Shown: piece after piece, positions 1 through 14,364 of the stretch
Layout: each line of letters begins with the position of its first letter
Numbering within the stretch: position 1 is the stretch's first letter
From: the human T2T-CHM13v2.0 reference genome, Homo sapiens
NCBI RefSeq assembly: GCF_009914755.1
Contig: NC_060934.1
Direction: 5' to 3' (one strand)
DNA: 64,000 nt
The notes under the pieces: generated by a model
What the model was told of the DNA's origin: nothing
Databases searched by the model: none
Seen by the model: the letters and a program-made list of their open reading frames with translations, nothing else
Position numbers and translations under genes: made by a program

Positions 1-210
1 TGATGGCTGTACTACTTTACATCCCACCTACAGCCTATGAGAGCTCCCTTTTCTCTGCATCCTCAACAGCATTTCTTATTTTGTGTCTTTTTGATAATAG
101 CCATTCTAACTGCAATAAGATGATGTCTCATTGCAGCTTTGACTTGCATTTCCCTGACGATTAGTGATGTTGAGCATTTTTTCATATACCTGTTGGTATT
201 TTGAATGTCC
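1..210 (-). mobile_element. L1 ORF2 C-terminal fragment (antisense), continues off the window edge
   Basis: Reverse complement of the L1 ORF2 3' region (gccattctaact..., tgcatttccctgacgattagtgatgttgagcattttttcatatacctgttgg). Confidence 0.85.
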
Positions 211-319
211 TAAAAGAATTTATTTTTATTGTTTTCACTACAAAGAAAAGTATGTGAGGTGCTAGGTATGTTAATTAGCCTGATGTAATCATTCCACAAT
301 GCATACATGTATCATGTTG

Positions 320-1690
<1,371 letters not shown>

Positions 1691-1692
1691 CA

Positions 1693-2690
1693 CAGTCATG
1701 CAACACTTAATGGTGGGGATAGGTTCTCAGAAATGCTTCCTTAGGATATTTTGTAGTTGTGCAAACATCTAGGCACAAGCCTAGATGGTATCGCCTACTA
1801 CACACCTAGGCTCTAGGCTATGTGGCATAGCCTATTGCTCCTAGGCTACAAACCTATACAGCATGCTACTGTACTGAATACTGTAGGCAATTCTAACACA
1901 ATGGTAAGTATTTGTCCATCTAAACATATTTAAAGATAGAAAAGGTACAGTAAAAATACTGTATAAAATATTATAAAATAGTAAAACTGAGTAGGGCACT
2001 TACCATGAATGAAGCTTGCAGGACTGGAACTCGTTTAGGTGAATCAGTGAGTGTGTGATGAGTGAATGTGAAGTCCTAGGACATTGCTATACACTGCCGT
2101 AGACTTTATAAATACTGTACACTTAGGCTACAATCATTTATTAAACATGTTTTTCTTTCTTCAATAAAAATTAACCTTAGCTGACTGTACTTTTTTAACT
2201 TTATAAATGTTTTAACTTATTTATAAATGTTTTAACTTATTTATTTATTATTAACTTATTTATTTATTATTAACTTATTTATAAATGTTTTAACTTATTT
2301 AACTTTTTGACTATTGTAATAGCACTTAGCTTAAGCTTAAAACACAGACACGTTGTACAGCTTAAGAGAAGTGTTCGCTTCTCTTATATCCATATTCTAT
2401 AAGCTTTTTTCTATTTTTAACTTTTTAAGTTTAAAAAGTTTTTGGAAAAACTAAGACATAAATGCATATATTAGCCTAGGTCTACGCAGGGTCAGGATCA
2501 TCAATGTTACTGTCTTCCACCTCCACACCTTGTCCCACTGAAAAGTCTTCAGGAGGAATAACACCTATGGAGCTGTCAACTCCTATGATAGCAATGCCTT
2601 ATTTCTGACAGAACTGCCTGAGACAGTTTTACAGTTAACTTACTTTTTTTTTTTAATAAGCAGAGGAAGTACACTCTAAAATAATGATAA
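1693..2690 (+). mobile_element. Tigger3b/MER7-type DNA transposon, right end missing
   Basis: Starts with cagtcatgcaacacttaatggtggggataggttctcagaaatg (Tigger3 terminus); internal ctcctaggctacaaacctatacagcatg...; no matching right TIR seen. Confidence 0.85.
2201..2298. repeat. AT-rich minisatellite, 20/19 bp units in the order A-A-B-B-A
   Basis: A=ttataaatgttttaacttat (2201, 2221, 2279); B=ttatttattattaacttat (2241, 2260). Confidence 0.9.
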
Positions 2691-2692
2691 AA

Positions 2693-3225
2693 TACACAAT
2701 GGAATATTATTCAGCCATAAAAAGAATGAAATCCTGTCATTTGCAACAATATGAAAGAACTAGAGGACGTTATGTGAAGTAAAATAAGCCAGGCACAAAA
2801 AGATAAATTTTGCATGTTCTCATTCATAGGTGGGAGCTAAAATTTAAAGCAATTGAACTTACAAAGATAGAGAGTAGAATGACTGTTACTGGTGGCTGAG
2901 AAGGATAACAGAGATTGGGGCGGCAGGGAGTGGGGATGGTTAATGGGTGCAAAAATGTACTTAGATAGAATGAATAAGATTTACTGTTTGATAGCATAAC
3001 AGGATAACTACAGTCAACAATAATTTATTATATATTTTTAAATAATGAAAATAGTAGAATTGGAATGTTCCTAACATAAAAAAAATAGATGATTAAGGTG
3101 GTGAATACATCAATTACCCTGATATGACTACATTACACATTGTATGCCTCTATCAAAATATCATATGTACTCTATAAATGTATATACCTATTATATACCC
3201 ATACTAAATAAAATAATAAAATTAA
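2693..3225 (+). mobile_element. L1MA (MA2/MA3-like) 3' end with A-rich tail
   Basis: tacacaatggaatattattcagccataaaaagaatgaaatcctgtcatttgc..., L1MA-type 3'UTR, ends in aaataaaaataataaaa. Confidence 0.8.
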
Positions 3226-3229
3226 TTTT

Positions 3230-6200
3230 AAAAAATGGGCAAAAGATTTGAATAGACATATCCCCAAAGAAGAAATACAAATGATCCACAAGTAAATTAA
3301 GAAAGTACTCTACATCATTAATCATTAGGCAAATGCAAATCAAAACCACAGGAAGGATGGTCAATTCACCTTTAAGAATTGTTATTATTGTGAAATTAAG
3401 ATAAAAAGTGTTGATGAGGATGAAGGAATATTGGAACCCTTGTACACTGTTATGAGGAATATAAAATGGTGCAACAAGTATGGAAAATAGTATAATGGTT
3501 CCTCAAGAAATTAAAAATAGACTACCATATGTTTCAGCTATCCCACTTCTGGACAGGTATTCAAAAGAATTGAAATCAGAATCCAGAAGAGATATTTGCA
3601 CTCCCATGTTCTCTTTATCATTTTTCGTAATAGCCAAGATGTGAAAACAGCTTAATGAAGAAATGGGTTAAAAAATATTGTATAAACTGAAAGAATTAGA
3701 GATGCAAATAAACCAACCCCAAAGCTAGCAGAAAACAAGAAATAATTTTCCTAATCAGAACTGAACTGAATAAAATTAAGATACAAAAAAAAAAAAACCA
3801 TTGAAAGTTCAACGAATCAGAGTTGGCTTTTTGAAAAGAAATTGATAAGATAGTCTGCTAGTTAGACTAACAATGAAGAAAAGAGAAAAGATTGAAAAAA
3901 CCCAATTAAAAATGACAAAAGGGATGTTGCCACTGACCCCACAGAAATAAAAATAACCATCAGAAACTACTATGAACACGTCTATGCACACAATCTAGAA
4001 AACCTAGAAGAGATGGATAAATTCCTGGACACATACAACCTTCCAAGACTGAACCAGAAAGAAATTGATTCTGTGAACAGACCAATAATAAGCTCTGAAA
4101 CTGAATCAATAATAAATAGCCTACCAACCAAAACAAGACTAGGATCAGATGGATTCACAGCTGAATTCTGCCAGATGTACAAAGAAGGGATAGTACCATT
4201 CCTATTTAAATTATTCCAAAACATTGAGGAGGGACTTTTCTCCAACTCACTCTGTGAGGCCAGCATCATGTTGATACCGAAACCTGGCAGACACACAACC
4301 AAAATAGAAAATTTTAGGACAATATTCTTGATGAACATTGATGCAAAAATTTTCAGCAAAATACTTGTAAACCGAATTCAGCAACACATCAAAAAGCTAA
4401 TTCACCATGGTCAAGTAGGCATCATCCACAGGATGCAAGTTTGGTTCAACATATGCAGATCAATTAATGTGATTCATCACATAAACAGAGCTAAAGACAA
4501 AAAAAACATGATAGACACATAAAACTCAATAGACACATAAAAGACTTTCAATAAAATTCAACATCCCTTCATGTTTAACACCCTCAATAAACTAGATATT
4601 GGAGAAACATACTTCAAAATAATAAGAGCCATCTATGACAAACAAACCCACAGCCAACATCGTATTGAATCGGAAAAAGCTGGAAACATTCCCCTTGAAA
4701 ACCAGCACAAGATAAGGATGCTCTCTTACCACTCCTATTCAGTATAGTATTGGAAACCCTGGCCATAGCAATCATATAATAGAAAGAAATAAAGGACATC
4801 CAAATAGGAAGACAGGAAGTCAAATTATCCCTGCTTGCAGATGATATGATTCTATATCTAGAAGACACCATAGTTGTGCCCCAAAAGCACCTTCATCTGA
4901 TAAACAACTTCAGCAAAGTTTCAGGATACAAAATCAATGTACAAAAATCACTACCATTCGTATACACTGACAGCAGCCAAGTCAAAAGCCAAATCAAGAA
5001 TGCAATTATATTCACAAATGCCACAAAAATAATAAAATACCAAGGAATATAGCTAACTAGGGAGCTGAAAGTTTTCTAAGAGAAGAGCTACAAAACACTG
5101 CTCAGATAAATCAAAGACAACACAAACGAATGGAAAAACATCCTGTGCTCATGAATAGGAAGAATCAATATCGTTAAAATGGCCATACCACCCAAAGCAA
5201 TTTATAGACTCAATGCTACTCCTATCACACTACCATGGACATTCTTCACATAACTAGAAAAAGAAAACTATTTAAAAATTCATATGGAACCAAAAAAGAC
5301 CCCGAATAGCCAAGGCAATCCTAAGCAAAAATAACAAAGCTGGAGGCATCACGTTACCTGAAGCCTACTTGACCATGGTGAATTAGCTTTTTGATGTGCT
5401 GCTGAATTCAGTTTACAAGTATTTTGTTGAAAAATTTTATATCAGTGTTCAATGGCAAACTATACTACAGGGCTGCAATAACCAAAACAGCATGGTACTG
5501 TCACAAAAACAGATATATAGACCAACAGAAGAGAATAGAGAACCTAGAAATAAGGCCACACATCTATGACTATCTGATCTTCAACAAAGCTTACAAAAAC
5601 AAGTAATGAGAAAGGACTCCCTATTCAATAAAAGGTGCTGGGGTAACTGGCTAACCATATGCAAAATATTGAAACTGGACCCCTTCCTTACATCATATAA
5701 AAAAATTAACTCAAGATGGATTAAAGACTTAAATGTGAATCCCAAAACTATAAAAACTCTGAAAGACAACCTAGGCAATACCGTTTAGGACACAGGCAAA
5801 GATTTCATGACGATGATGCTGAAAGCAATTGCAACAAAAGCAAATATTGACAAATGGGTTTTAATTAAACTTAAGAGCTTCTGCATAGCAAAAGAAACTA
5901 TCAACAGAGTAAACAGACAACCTAAAGAATGGAAGAAAATATTCGCAAACTATGCATCTGACTAAGGTCCAGTGTCCAGCATTTATAAGATACTTAAACA
6001 AATTTATAAGAGAAAAACAAACAATGCGATTAAAAAGTGGGCAAAGGACATGAACAGACACTTTTCAAAAGAAGACCTACATGCAGCCAACAAACTTATG
6101 AAAAAAGCTCAATATCATTAGAGAAATGTAAATCAAAACCATAATGAGATATCATCTCACACCAGTCAGAAGGCTATCAATAAAAAGTCAAAATATAACA

Positions 6201-7260
6201 GATGCTGGCAATGTTGCAGAGAAAAGGGAACATTTATGCACTGTAGGTGGGAGTGTAAATTTGTTAAACTATTGTGGAAAGCAGTGTGGCAGTTACTCAA
6301 CAGAACTACCATTCAACCCAGTAGTCCCATTACTGGGTATGTACTCAGAGGAATAGAAATTGTTCTATCATAAAGACACATGCACGCATGTGTTCTTCGC
6401 AGTGCTATTCACAACTGCAAAGACATCACATCCACCTAAATGTCCATCAATGACTAATTGGATAAAGAAAATGTAGTACATATACACCATGGAATACTAT
6501 ACAGCCATAAAAAAGAACAAGATCATGTCTTCTGCAGGAACATGGATGAAGCTGTAGGCCATTATCCTTAGCAAACTAATAGAGGAAGAGAAAACCAAAT
6601 ACCACATGTTGTTACTGATAAGTGGGAGTTAAATAAAGAGAACTCACAAACACAAAGAAGGGAACAACAAACACTGAGGCCCCCTTGAGGGTGGAGGCTG
6701 AGAGGTGGGAGAGGAGCAGAAAAAATAAGTATTGGGTATGAGGCTTAGTACCTGGTTGATGAAATAATCTGTACAAAAACCTCAGTGACATGAGTTTACC
6801 TATATAACAAACCTGCATAGGTACCCCAATCCTAAAATAAAAGTTAAAGAAAAGAAAATATGGTATACACATATAATGGAATATTATTCAGCTTTTTTAA
6901 AAAAGTAAATTTTGCTGTATACAGCAACATAGGTGAGCTTTGAAGACATTATGTTAAGTGAAATAAACCAGTCATAGAAGGACAATTACTGCATGAATCC
7001 ACTTATATGAGGTATCCAAAGCAGTCATACTCAGAAGCAGAAAGGAGAATGTTGGCTCTCTGGGGCTGGGAGCAGGGGTAACTGGGGAGTTGCTATTCAG
7101 TACCTATAAAGTTTCAGTTATTCAAGATGAATAAATTTGAGAGATCTGCTGTCAAAGATTGTGCCTATAGTTAACCCTATAGTTAACAATACTTTATCAT
7201 GCACTGAAAAATTTAAGAGGGTAGATTTCAGGGTGTTCTTATATCAATTTCTTAAAAAGC
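3230..7260 (+). mobile_element. L1MB1-like 3' end, split by a nested L1PA (host pieces 3230-3684 and 6853-7260)
   Basis: ORF2-end text stops at 3684 and resumes at 6853; 3'UTR aagtttcagttattcaagatgaataa...gagatctgctgt...ttaagagggtagattt. Confidence 0.75.
3685..6852 (+). mobile_element. 5'-truncated L1PA14-16-like element, ~3.2 kb, disrupted ORF2
   Basis: ORFs 4013..4522 ([15 protein letters not shown]...) and 4846..5052 (MILYLED, just after the ADD of the RT motif); L1PA15-like 3'UTR; ~15 bp TSD aaaaaatattgtata 3670-3684 / agaaaatatggtata 6853-6867. Confidence 0.92.
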
Positions 7261-7289
7261 AACAGAAAAGACATTTAAAAACTTTTTGA

Positions 7290-9250
7290 GTGTGTTTAGT
7301 TTCAGAAGTTGATGATACTGTGTCTTGGTGTGGATTTTCTTTTTTTTTTCTTTATATCCATTTGGTTTTTGACTGTGTAAGTTTCTTTCCAAATTTGTAA
7401 TGTTTTCAGCCATTATTTGTTTGATTTTTTTATTTCTTCTCTTTCTATTCTCCTTCTGAGATGCTGACGACACAAAAGTTAGATCTTTAGTTGCAGTCCC
7501 TCCGGTCCCTAAAGCTGTTCTCAACTTTTTTCATCATTTTTCCTGTTTGTTATTCAGATTGTTTAATTTCCATTGCTTCTCTTCCAGTTTGCTGTTTCTT
7601 CTTCTGTCCTCTCCATTCTGTTCTTGAGTCTATCTATTGAGTTTTGTGTTTTAGTTATCTCATTTTTCAGCTCTAAAATTTCCATTTAGTTCTTTGTATA
7701 TTCCCTTTCTTTGCTGTGCCTTTCTATTGATTTGTTGAGACTTTGTGTTTTTACATATGATTCAAGATTGATCATAATTGTTCATTGAAATATTTTTAAT
7801 GGCCACCTTAAAATTGTATTCAGATAATTCTAACATTTCTGTCACCTTGGTGTACACATTGATTGCTTGTCATTTTTTCATTGAGATTGAGATCTTTCAG
7901 GTTCTTGGTATACTCAGAGATTCCTGGTTGAAACTTGGCCTCGTATTTAAGCCTTCTATTTCAGCTACTTTTTCCCAACAAGGGAAAGAATAGGGGTGGG
8001 AAGTGGGCTGCCTCATTACTGACAGAAGAGGAAATAATTCCATGTTCCTCTCTCAGTCTCTTTGATACAGGCAGGGGTGTCTTCCTCAATACTTCTGATT
8101 GGAGTAGGAGTTCTGGTTCTTCACTAGGCCAGCACTGATACCTCCCTGACTGGCAGGAATTTGATACAGTTTGGATGTTTACCTCCTCCAAATTGCATGT
8201 TGAAATATGACCTCCAATGTTGGAGATGGGACTAGTAGGAGGTGTTTGGTCATGAGGGTGGATCCCTCATGGATTGCTTGGTGCTGTCCTTGTAGTAACG
8301 AGTGCATTCTCACTCTGTTTGCACGAGAGCTGGTTGTTTAAAGAGCCTGGTACCTGCCACCTCTCTATCTTACTTGTCTTCGTGCCATGTGACGTGATAG
8401 CTCCACATCCCTTTCTGCCCTGATTGTAAGCTTCCTGAGACCTCACCAGAAGCAGATGCCAGCACCACGCTTCCTGTAAAGTCTGCAAAACCATAAGCCA
8501 ATTAAACCCTTGTTATTTATGAATTACCCAGCCTCAGGTATTTCTTTATAGCATTGCAATAATGGACTAACCCGGAGTTTCCTGTATTTCTCCTTGCATA
8601 GCCTTCAATGACACCCAAGTGAGAGTGGCCCTTGCTACCAATGGGCAGCGGTGAAGGTTCCAACTCCTCACTGACCGTCTCCAGTCCAGGATTTCCACAT
8701 GATCTCTACTACAGGGAGAGAAGGACTTCTTTACTGCCTGGTGGGAATGAAAATCCTGGCTCCCTACATTGTCTTCTCTGGTCAGGGGTGCTTGGCGCAC
8801 TGTGTTAGAACATGAGAAAGATGCAAGTTTGGTCTCTCCACTTAGTATTATCTGGTACGGGTGGGATGGGGCTACAGTTTTTCTTTCTGTGATATTTGGC
8901 TTGAGTAGCACAGTCACTGAGTAAAAGTTTTGTGTCTTGCTAGCCTGCATCTTTTCTAGTCCTTTGGCTGGAGAGACCTGGCTTTCATTAGGACTTTTGT
9001 GTGTGTGTCTGTTGGCATTTCTTGGTTGCCAACTTTTTCAAATCCATATCTGTAATATATAAGGTAACAAGAAAACCAGGGAATTCACCACTATGTCTTC
9101 ACTTGTGCTTCAAGGCCCGTAGCTGATCTCCCATCTTGTTTGTACCTTTCAAAGTCATTTTATGTTTGCTTAATATATAACGGTTTAAGTTCTTAAATGT
9201 ACCACCATCATGAATATGGAGAAGTATGTCTACTCCATTTTCCTAGAAAT
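7290..9250 (-). mobile_element. Old L1M ORF1/5' region, interrupted by MSTB
   Basis: Antisense ORF1-like text (ORF 7252..7524 QIMAENITNL; ttttcagctctaaaatttccatttagttctt) and degenerate 5'-end repeats. Confidence 0.6.
8162..8574 (+). mobile_element. MSTB-like MaLR solo LTR
   Basis: tgatacagtttggatgttt...agaagcagatgccagcaccacgcttcctgta...cagcctcaggtatttctttatagca...ggactaa. Confidence 0.88.
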
Positions 9251-9304
9251 TAAAATCAGTCTTTGTCTTTTAATTGGAGAATTTAGTATTTTATATTGTT
9301 TGCT

Positions 9305-9720
9305 GTCACTGCATAGTGCTGTATAAGAAATCACATTTCAAACCATTAATTTCAAGCTGAAATCACAAACAATAGTCTTTTATTCATATTCATCCATCTG
9401 TAGGTTGGCTGGGGCTGGGTATTTTTGGTCAATTTAGCAGGAAGTGGCCAAAGGTAGAAGATTGTTCACACAAGTGGTCTATATGTGTGTCATCCCCCTT
9501 GGATCAGCAGGCTATCTGAAATGTTTTCTTCTCATGGTGATGGCAGAAGACACAGAGAGCAAGCATGACTATCAAAGTGTATTTCAAATCTCTTCTGTTT
9601 CTTATATGCTATCATCTCATTAGCCTAAGCACGTTGCATGATGGAGCCCAAACCCAAAAATCTAAAAAGCTCACTCTACGCTCCACGAGATCAAAGTAAG
9701 TCACACAACTAAACTAAGAT
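9305..9720 (-). mobile_element. MLT1 (G/H-like) MaLR LTR
   Basis: ttcttctcatggtgatggcagaag...ctcattagcctaagcacgttgcatg...gagcccaaa. Confidence 0.6.
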
Positions 9721-10015
9721 CCCAAAATTCTAATTAAGTAATGATACCAGGCTACAAGTTCATGATTACACTTTCTTTATTCATTCTTGATGCTTTATTT
9801 CACTGTTTTGCCAGTTTTAGAAAATTATTGGCCAGTATTTCTTCAAATATTGCTTCAGAATCTTTCTGCCTCTCCACTCTTTCAGGACTGCAATTAGAAT
9901 TGCAATAAAACTGTTATGCTCTTTTATGTATTTCCATCCTTTTGATTATAGCGCTGTGACATAATTTCCAGTGAAACAATGTTTTTTCTTCTATTACATT
10001 CCATTGAATTCTTAG

Positions 10016-10537
<522 letters not shown>

Positions 10538-11804
10538 TGAAATGTGAATCATCTGTGTATCTGTTTCTATTGTCTATTTCACATGCTCTCTCTCTGTCTC
10601 TGTTTCTTTGTCCCGTTTTGTTGTGTGTGCTTGTACTTTCATTTGGGTCCTAGACAAAACACAAATATTTAGAGGCTGTAAATGATGTTATCTCTATTAT
10701 AATTGTAAAAATATTTCTTCTGGATGAAGGATAGAATACACAACCTTTATCTGCGTGAGATTGGGCTTTAGAGTTTGTCAGAGCTGCTGTATGTTCTGGG
10801 GTCTCAAACAAAGCTATGAAAGGGGCTGCTCTACTTCAAAGGGCCTTGAATTTCAACTATTTTTGTGTGTCTCTAGTACGAAATCACTGTGGATCTCAAC
10901 TCTTTAATATTCCAGCAGCTGCTAATTTCTGCTACTTTTCTTGAAGTTTTATCCTGCAATATGCAAATCTTGAATTGCAAACAACTCAAGGGCAGATTAC
11001 ATGCATATTTTATACTCAGTTACACATTTCCTTTATTTGGAATATTTGCCCTTGAAGTCTTAGCTGCTTTGTCCACTCTAAACTCAAGCTTCTGTCTCCT
11101 TGGCCCAATGTGCTCGCTCCTTTTAATTAGGAAAATTTTCTTCCATGCAGGAGTTGACAGATTCAGGAATAAAGCCTTGGGAATATGGAGCTTAACTCAT
11201 TGTGTGAATTGTAGCCCCTTGATTCCTCTAGGCATAGTTTTTTTCAAGGCATTTTAAACAGTTATTTTATGTTCTTGTTTAAGTTTTCAGTTGTTTTCAA
11301 CAGGGGGATTGGTCTGATTCCAGCTATTACATATTGGCTATAACCAGGGGTCCAAAATATCAAAATGCTCTTTTGTTTTCATGTGACCCCTTTAAATATA
11401 TCACTGGATTTCAGTCATTGCCAAAAATGTATGACATTTTTATGCTAGACATTTATTTTTATTGACAGGATGACAGAGATTCTTGTCCATCCCTGTCACC
11501 TATAGCCCTTAACTTGATTTTGAAACAGCTAATTAGAAGAAAGAAAATAATGAGGAAAAAAAAGATTGCAATTATAATGATCTGTGAACTCTGTAGTTTT
11601 TTTGTCATTAAAGGTGTATGTTCTGGGCTGCTAAAATATCACCCATTTTCAACCATCAGCAAAATTTTCAAGATGATTCAGATGGAGACTTTCACTGTTA
11701 AAGAAATGTATTTTTTCCCTTACTTTGAAAAGTGTAAAGAGTAAACAGAAATGAGTAATACTATAAGACAGTTTAGAAGTATCTACCCACATTTGTTCAG
11801 CAAC

Positions 11805-11990
11805 AATTGGTAAACTGTTGGAGACATAAATTCTCATGCCCACTCTGGACCTACTAGATTATAAACTCTGGGGATGGAGCCCAGTCCTCTGTGCTTTACA
11901 AGCCCTCCAAGTGATTCCGATGCATGCAATAGATTGAGAACAACTTTGCTCATGCTGGTGGTCCAGAGACTATACTTCGAGAAACACTGT
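11805..11990. mobile_element. MER5A/MER5B hAT-Charlie fragments
   Basis: aaactctggggatggagcccag...acaagccctccaagtgattccgatgcatgc...gagaa; gctggtggtccagagactatacttcgagaaacactg. Confidence 0.7.
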
Positions 11991-12299
11991 CCCAGAGGAA
12001 TGATACCTGGCACACAATAGGTATTAATAGATGTTTATTGATTAGTTAAATAAATAGACCGGATTGATAAGCAAAATTTATGCATGCTGCTATTTTGAAT
12101 CACTTGCGAGTTGGAAGCAAAGTTTCTAACTCAAAATAGCATTAGGATCACAGATGTTGCTTGGACAGGTTACATTTATTGAATCTTATATAAGAACTTC
12201 ACACTCATAAATGTTCTATATTCTTCAGTGTTAGGGAACTCCAAAAATGGTACCAAAGGAGAGCTACCCTTCCATTTTCTTGCCCTATAGCAGCGAGAT

Positions 12300-12455
12300 T
12301 TAATGTGTGGTTTCCAAACCAGCAGCATCAACATCACCTGTGCACTTGTTAGAAATGTAAATTATTTGTCCTCAACTTAACTCATGGAATCAGAAAGTTT
12401 AAAAACTTTCCAGAGGATTATGATGCACCCAAAAGTTTGAGAGGCACTGCTCTAG
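12300..12455. mobile_element. MER5A
   Basis: accagcagcatcaacatcacctgtgcacttgttagaaatgtaaatt...tgatgcacccaaaagtttgagaggcactg. Confidence 0.75.
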
Positions 12456-13149
12456 GATATGTATTTTTTAAAATTGGCGATGAATCACACAGAAAAGCTA
12501 ATTAAAGGTGATATTCTAATTAGGCATCAAGGTAAAAGAGATGAAAAGCTCTAAAGTTACTTTCCACATTAATTCATGGAAACGTTCAAAGGAAATTCTT
12601 TAAACCAGTTCCACAAATTTTGAAACTCTTAGCTAGATTATACATATATATACACACAACCCTCTCTGTGTATTTATATCAATAGCTATATGTATTTGCA
12701 CGTTTGTGTCTGTCTGTATGAGTGTATGTGTTTGCGTGTGTATATGTACACACATACACACATGTATACATATCAAAGAAAGGATTTTGTAGGAAAGACC
12801 AAGCAACTCTGGAGGAAGGGTGCTCTCATTCCTGCACACAAATCCTTGCTAAGTAGGCATTCCTGAAAGAACACAAGGAACTTAATGCATGACTTCTGTG
12901 ACCAAATATCACAGTCTAACTCCCACTCATGAAATATAGATGGTTCTGGGAGGGCTATTTTGTGGTTATCTTGCAATAAGCCTGTACCTCCAAAATTGGT
13001 TAATGCAAAGGATATGCAGGGTTTTCTGTTGGACCAGAGCTGGACATATGGAAGAGTAATATTCAGCCTGGGCCATTGTGGCTCCAGTCCAGTAGTGCCA
13101 ACAAGAGGTTTCAGGAATAAGAGTTTCAACTCCTAGCAGCAAGAACTAA

Positions 13150-13808
13150 GGTGCATCCCCAGATATCTAGGGGTTGCTGAGGTTAGGGTAAGCCACTGCC
13201 CACAAATTGATGCTGAGGGTATTTGATCTACAGACTGAGGGGTCAGCAAAGAAACTCCAGAGAGTCTCTGAGAGCATCCAAACAAAACAATTTAGCTCTA
13301 AACTGTTGCCAAGTGCACAGAGCAGAAAACTAGCTTACGGAACTATCTTTTAAAATAAAAGATTCCATTTTCCTTTTCTGCTCCACCCTCACCCCGTTCC
13401 AGCTATGTAGGAGTCAGAAACTATCTAACAAGGTGGGGTGGTGAAGGAGTGAAAGCACTAGGTAATGAAATAAAAGATAAGTCAATGCTGCGCCTCTTCT
13501 CCACTGCATCCTTCCAGGAGATGCAGGCTTCTGCAGGCTGGGGAGATGAGAGCATTTTAATGCTAAGTCAAATTCAAAGTCTGCATTAATGATTTGGACT
13601 GGACATTCTAATTTCTGAATTGGGACCAGTTTGTTCCTTAAAGTAGCTCCAGGCTATTTTATTACCAAAAGAAATGAATAAAAATATCATGGACTTGAAG
13701 TTTTCTTCCGGGGCAGAAAAACTATCAGAACTGAAGAATGGCGAGAGACAAAAATAAAGTTGTGTTTTGATTATGTCAGGAGTCGTGCTTGTTCAACATA
13801 CTGGTTAC
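13150..13808 (+). mobile_element. Ancient LTR (LTR85-like)
   Basis: 3' end aataaagttgtgttttgatta...gagtcgtgcttgttcaacatactggttaca; ggactggacattctaat motif; 5' boundary uncertain. Confidence 0.5.
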
Positions 13809-13999
13809 ACACATATTGAGCCTTAAACAACTTGATTCGAGTCCAGGAATTCTAAAAACATCAGAGCCGAACCAGTTCTCTGCATGCGAAGCCTGTCCTA
13901 CGTCAAGTCCACATGCGGACACGTGCCCAGATGCTTAAAGGAATGTCGACTGTGAATTTTATGTTTAAAACAATTTATAAAAATATGAGACAATTTTAT

Positions 14000-14360
14000 A
14001 GAGGCAAAGTGGTATAATAAACATGGAGATTCTGCTTTTGTTTCTGGTCCTTTCTTTAAAAACTAGGTCTCTCACTCACTGGCACTGATCTGGAGGAAAT
14101 CCTACATTCTTTAGGTCTCATTTCCTCCTTTGTGTAATGAAGAACTAGGCTAGGTAATTTTTAAATGTTGGCAGTTATGATTTCATGACATCAGTATAAA
14201 AACAAATTAACATCTGAAATGTGCATTTTGTTCAGGCTCTGGCAATTTACTTGAGGTGTGATTTTTAGCAAGCTTCCTAATTTCTCTATGTTACAATTGC
14301 CTTACCCATAAAATGCCCGGCTTGCATTTCTACAGGTGGCTGTGTACCTCAGAAAGATTA
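14000..14360 (+). mobile_element. Two MIR fragments
   Basis: MIR core text: tctcatttcctcctttgtgtaatga; ggctctggcaatttac...gcaagcttcctaatttctct...ataaaatg. Confidence 0.55.
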
Positions 14361-14364
14361 TGAG

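Noticed and set aside
2201-2298. CRISPR-like array
   Set aside because: No unique spacers and a eukaryotic context; it is a simple minisatellite
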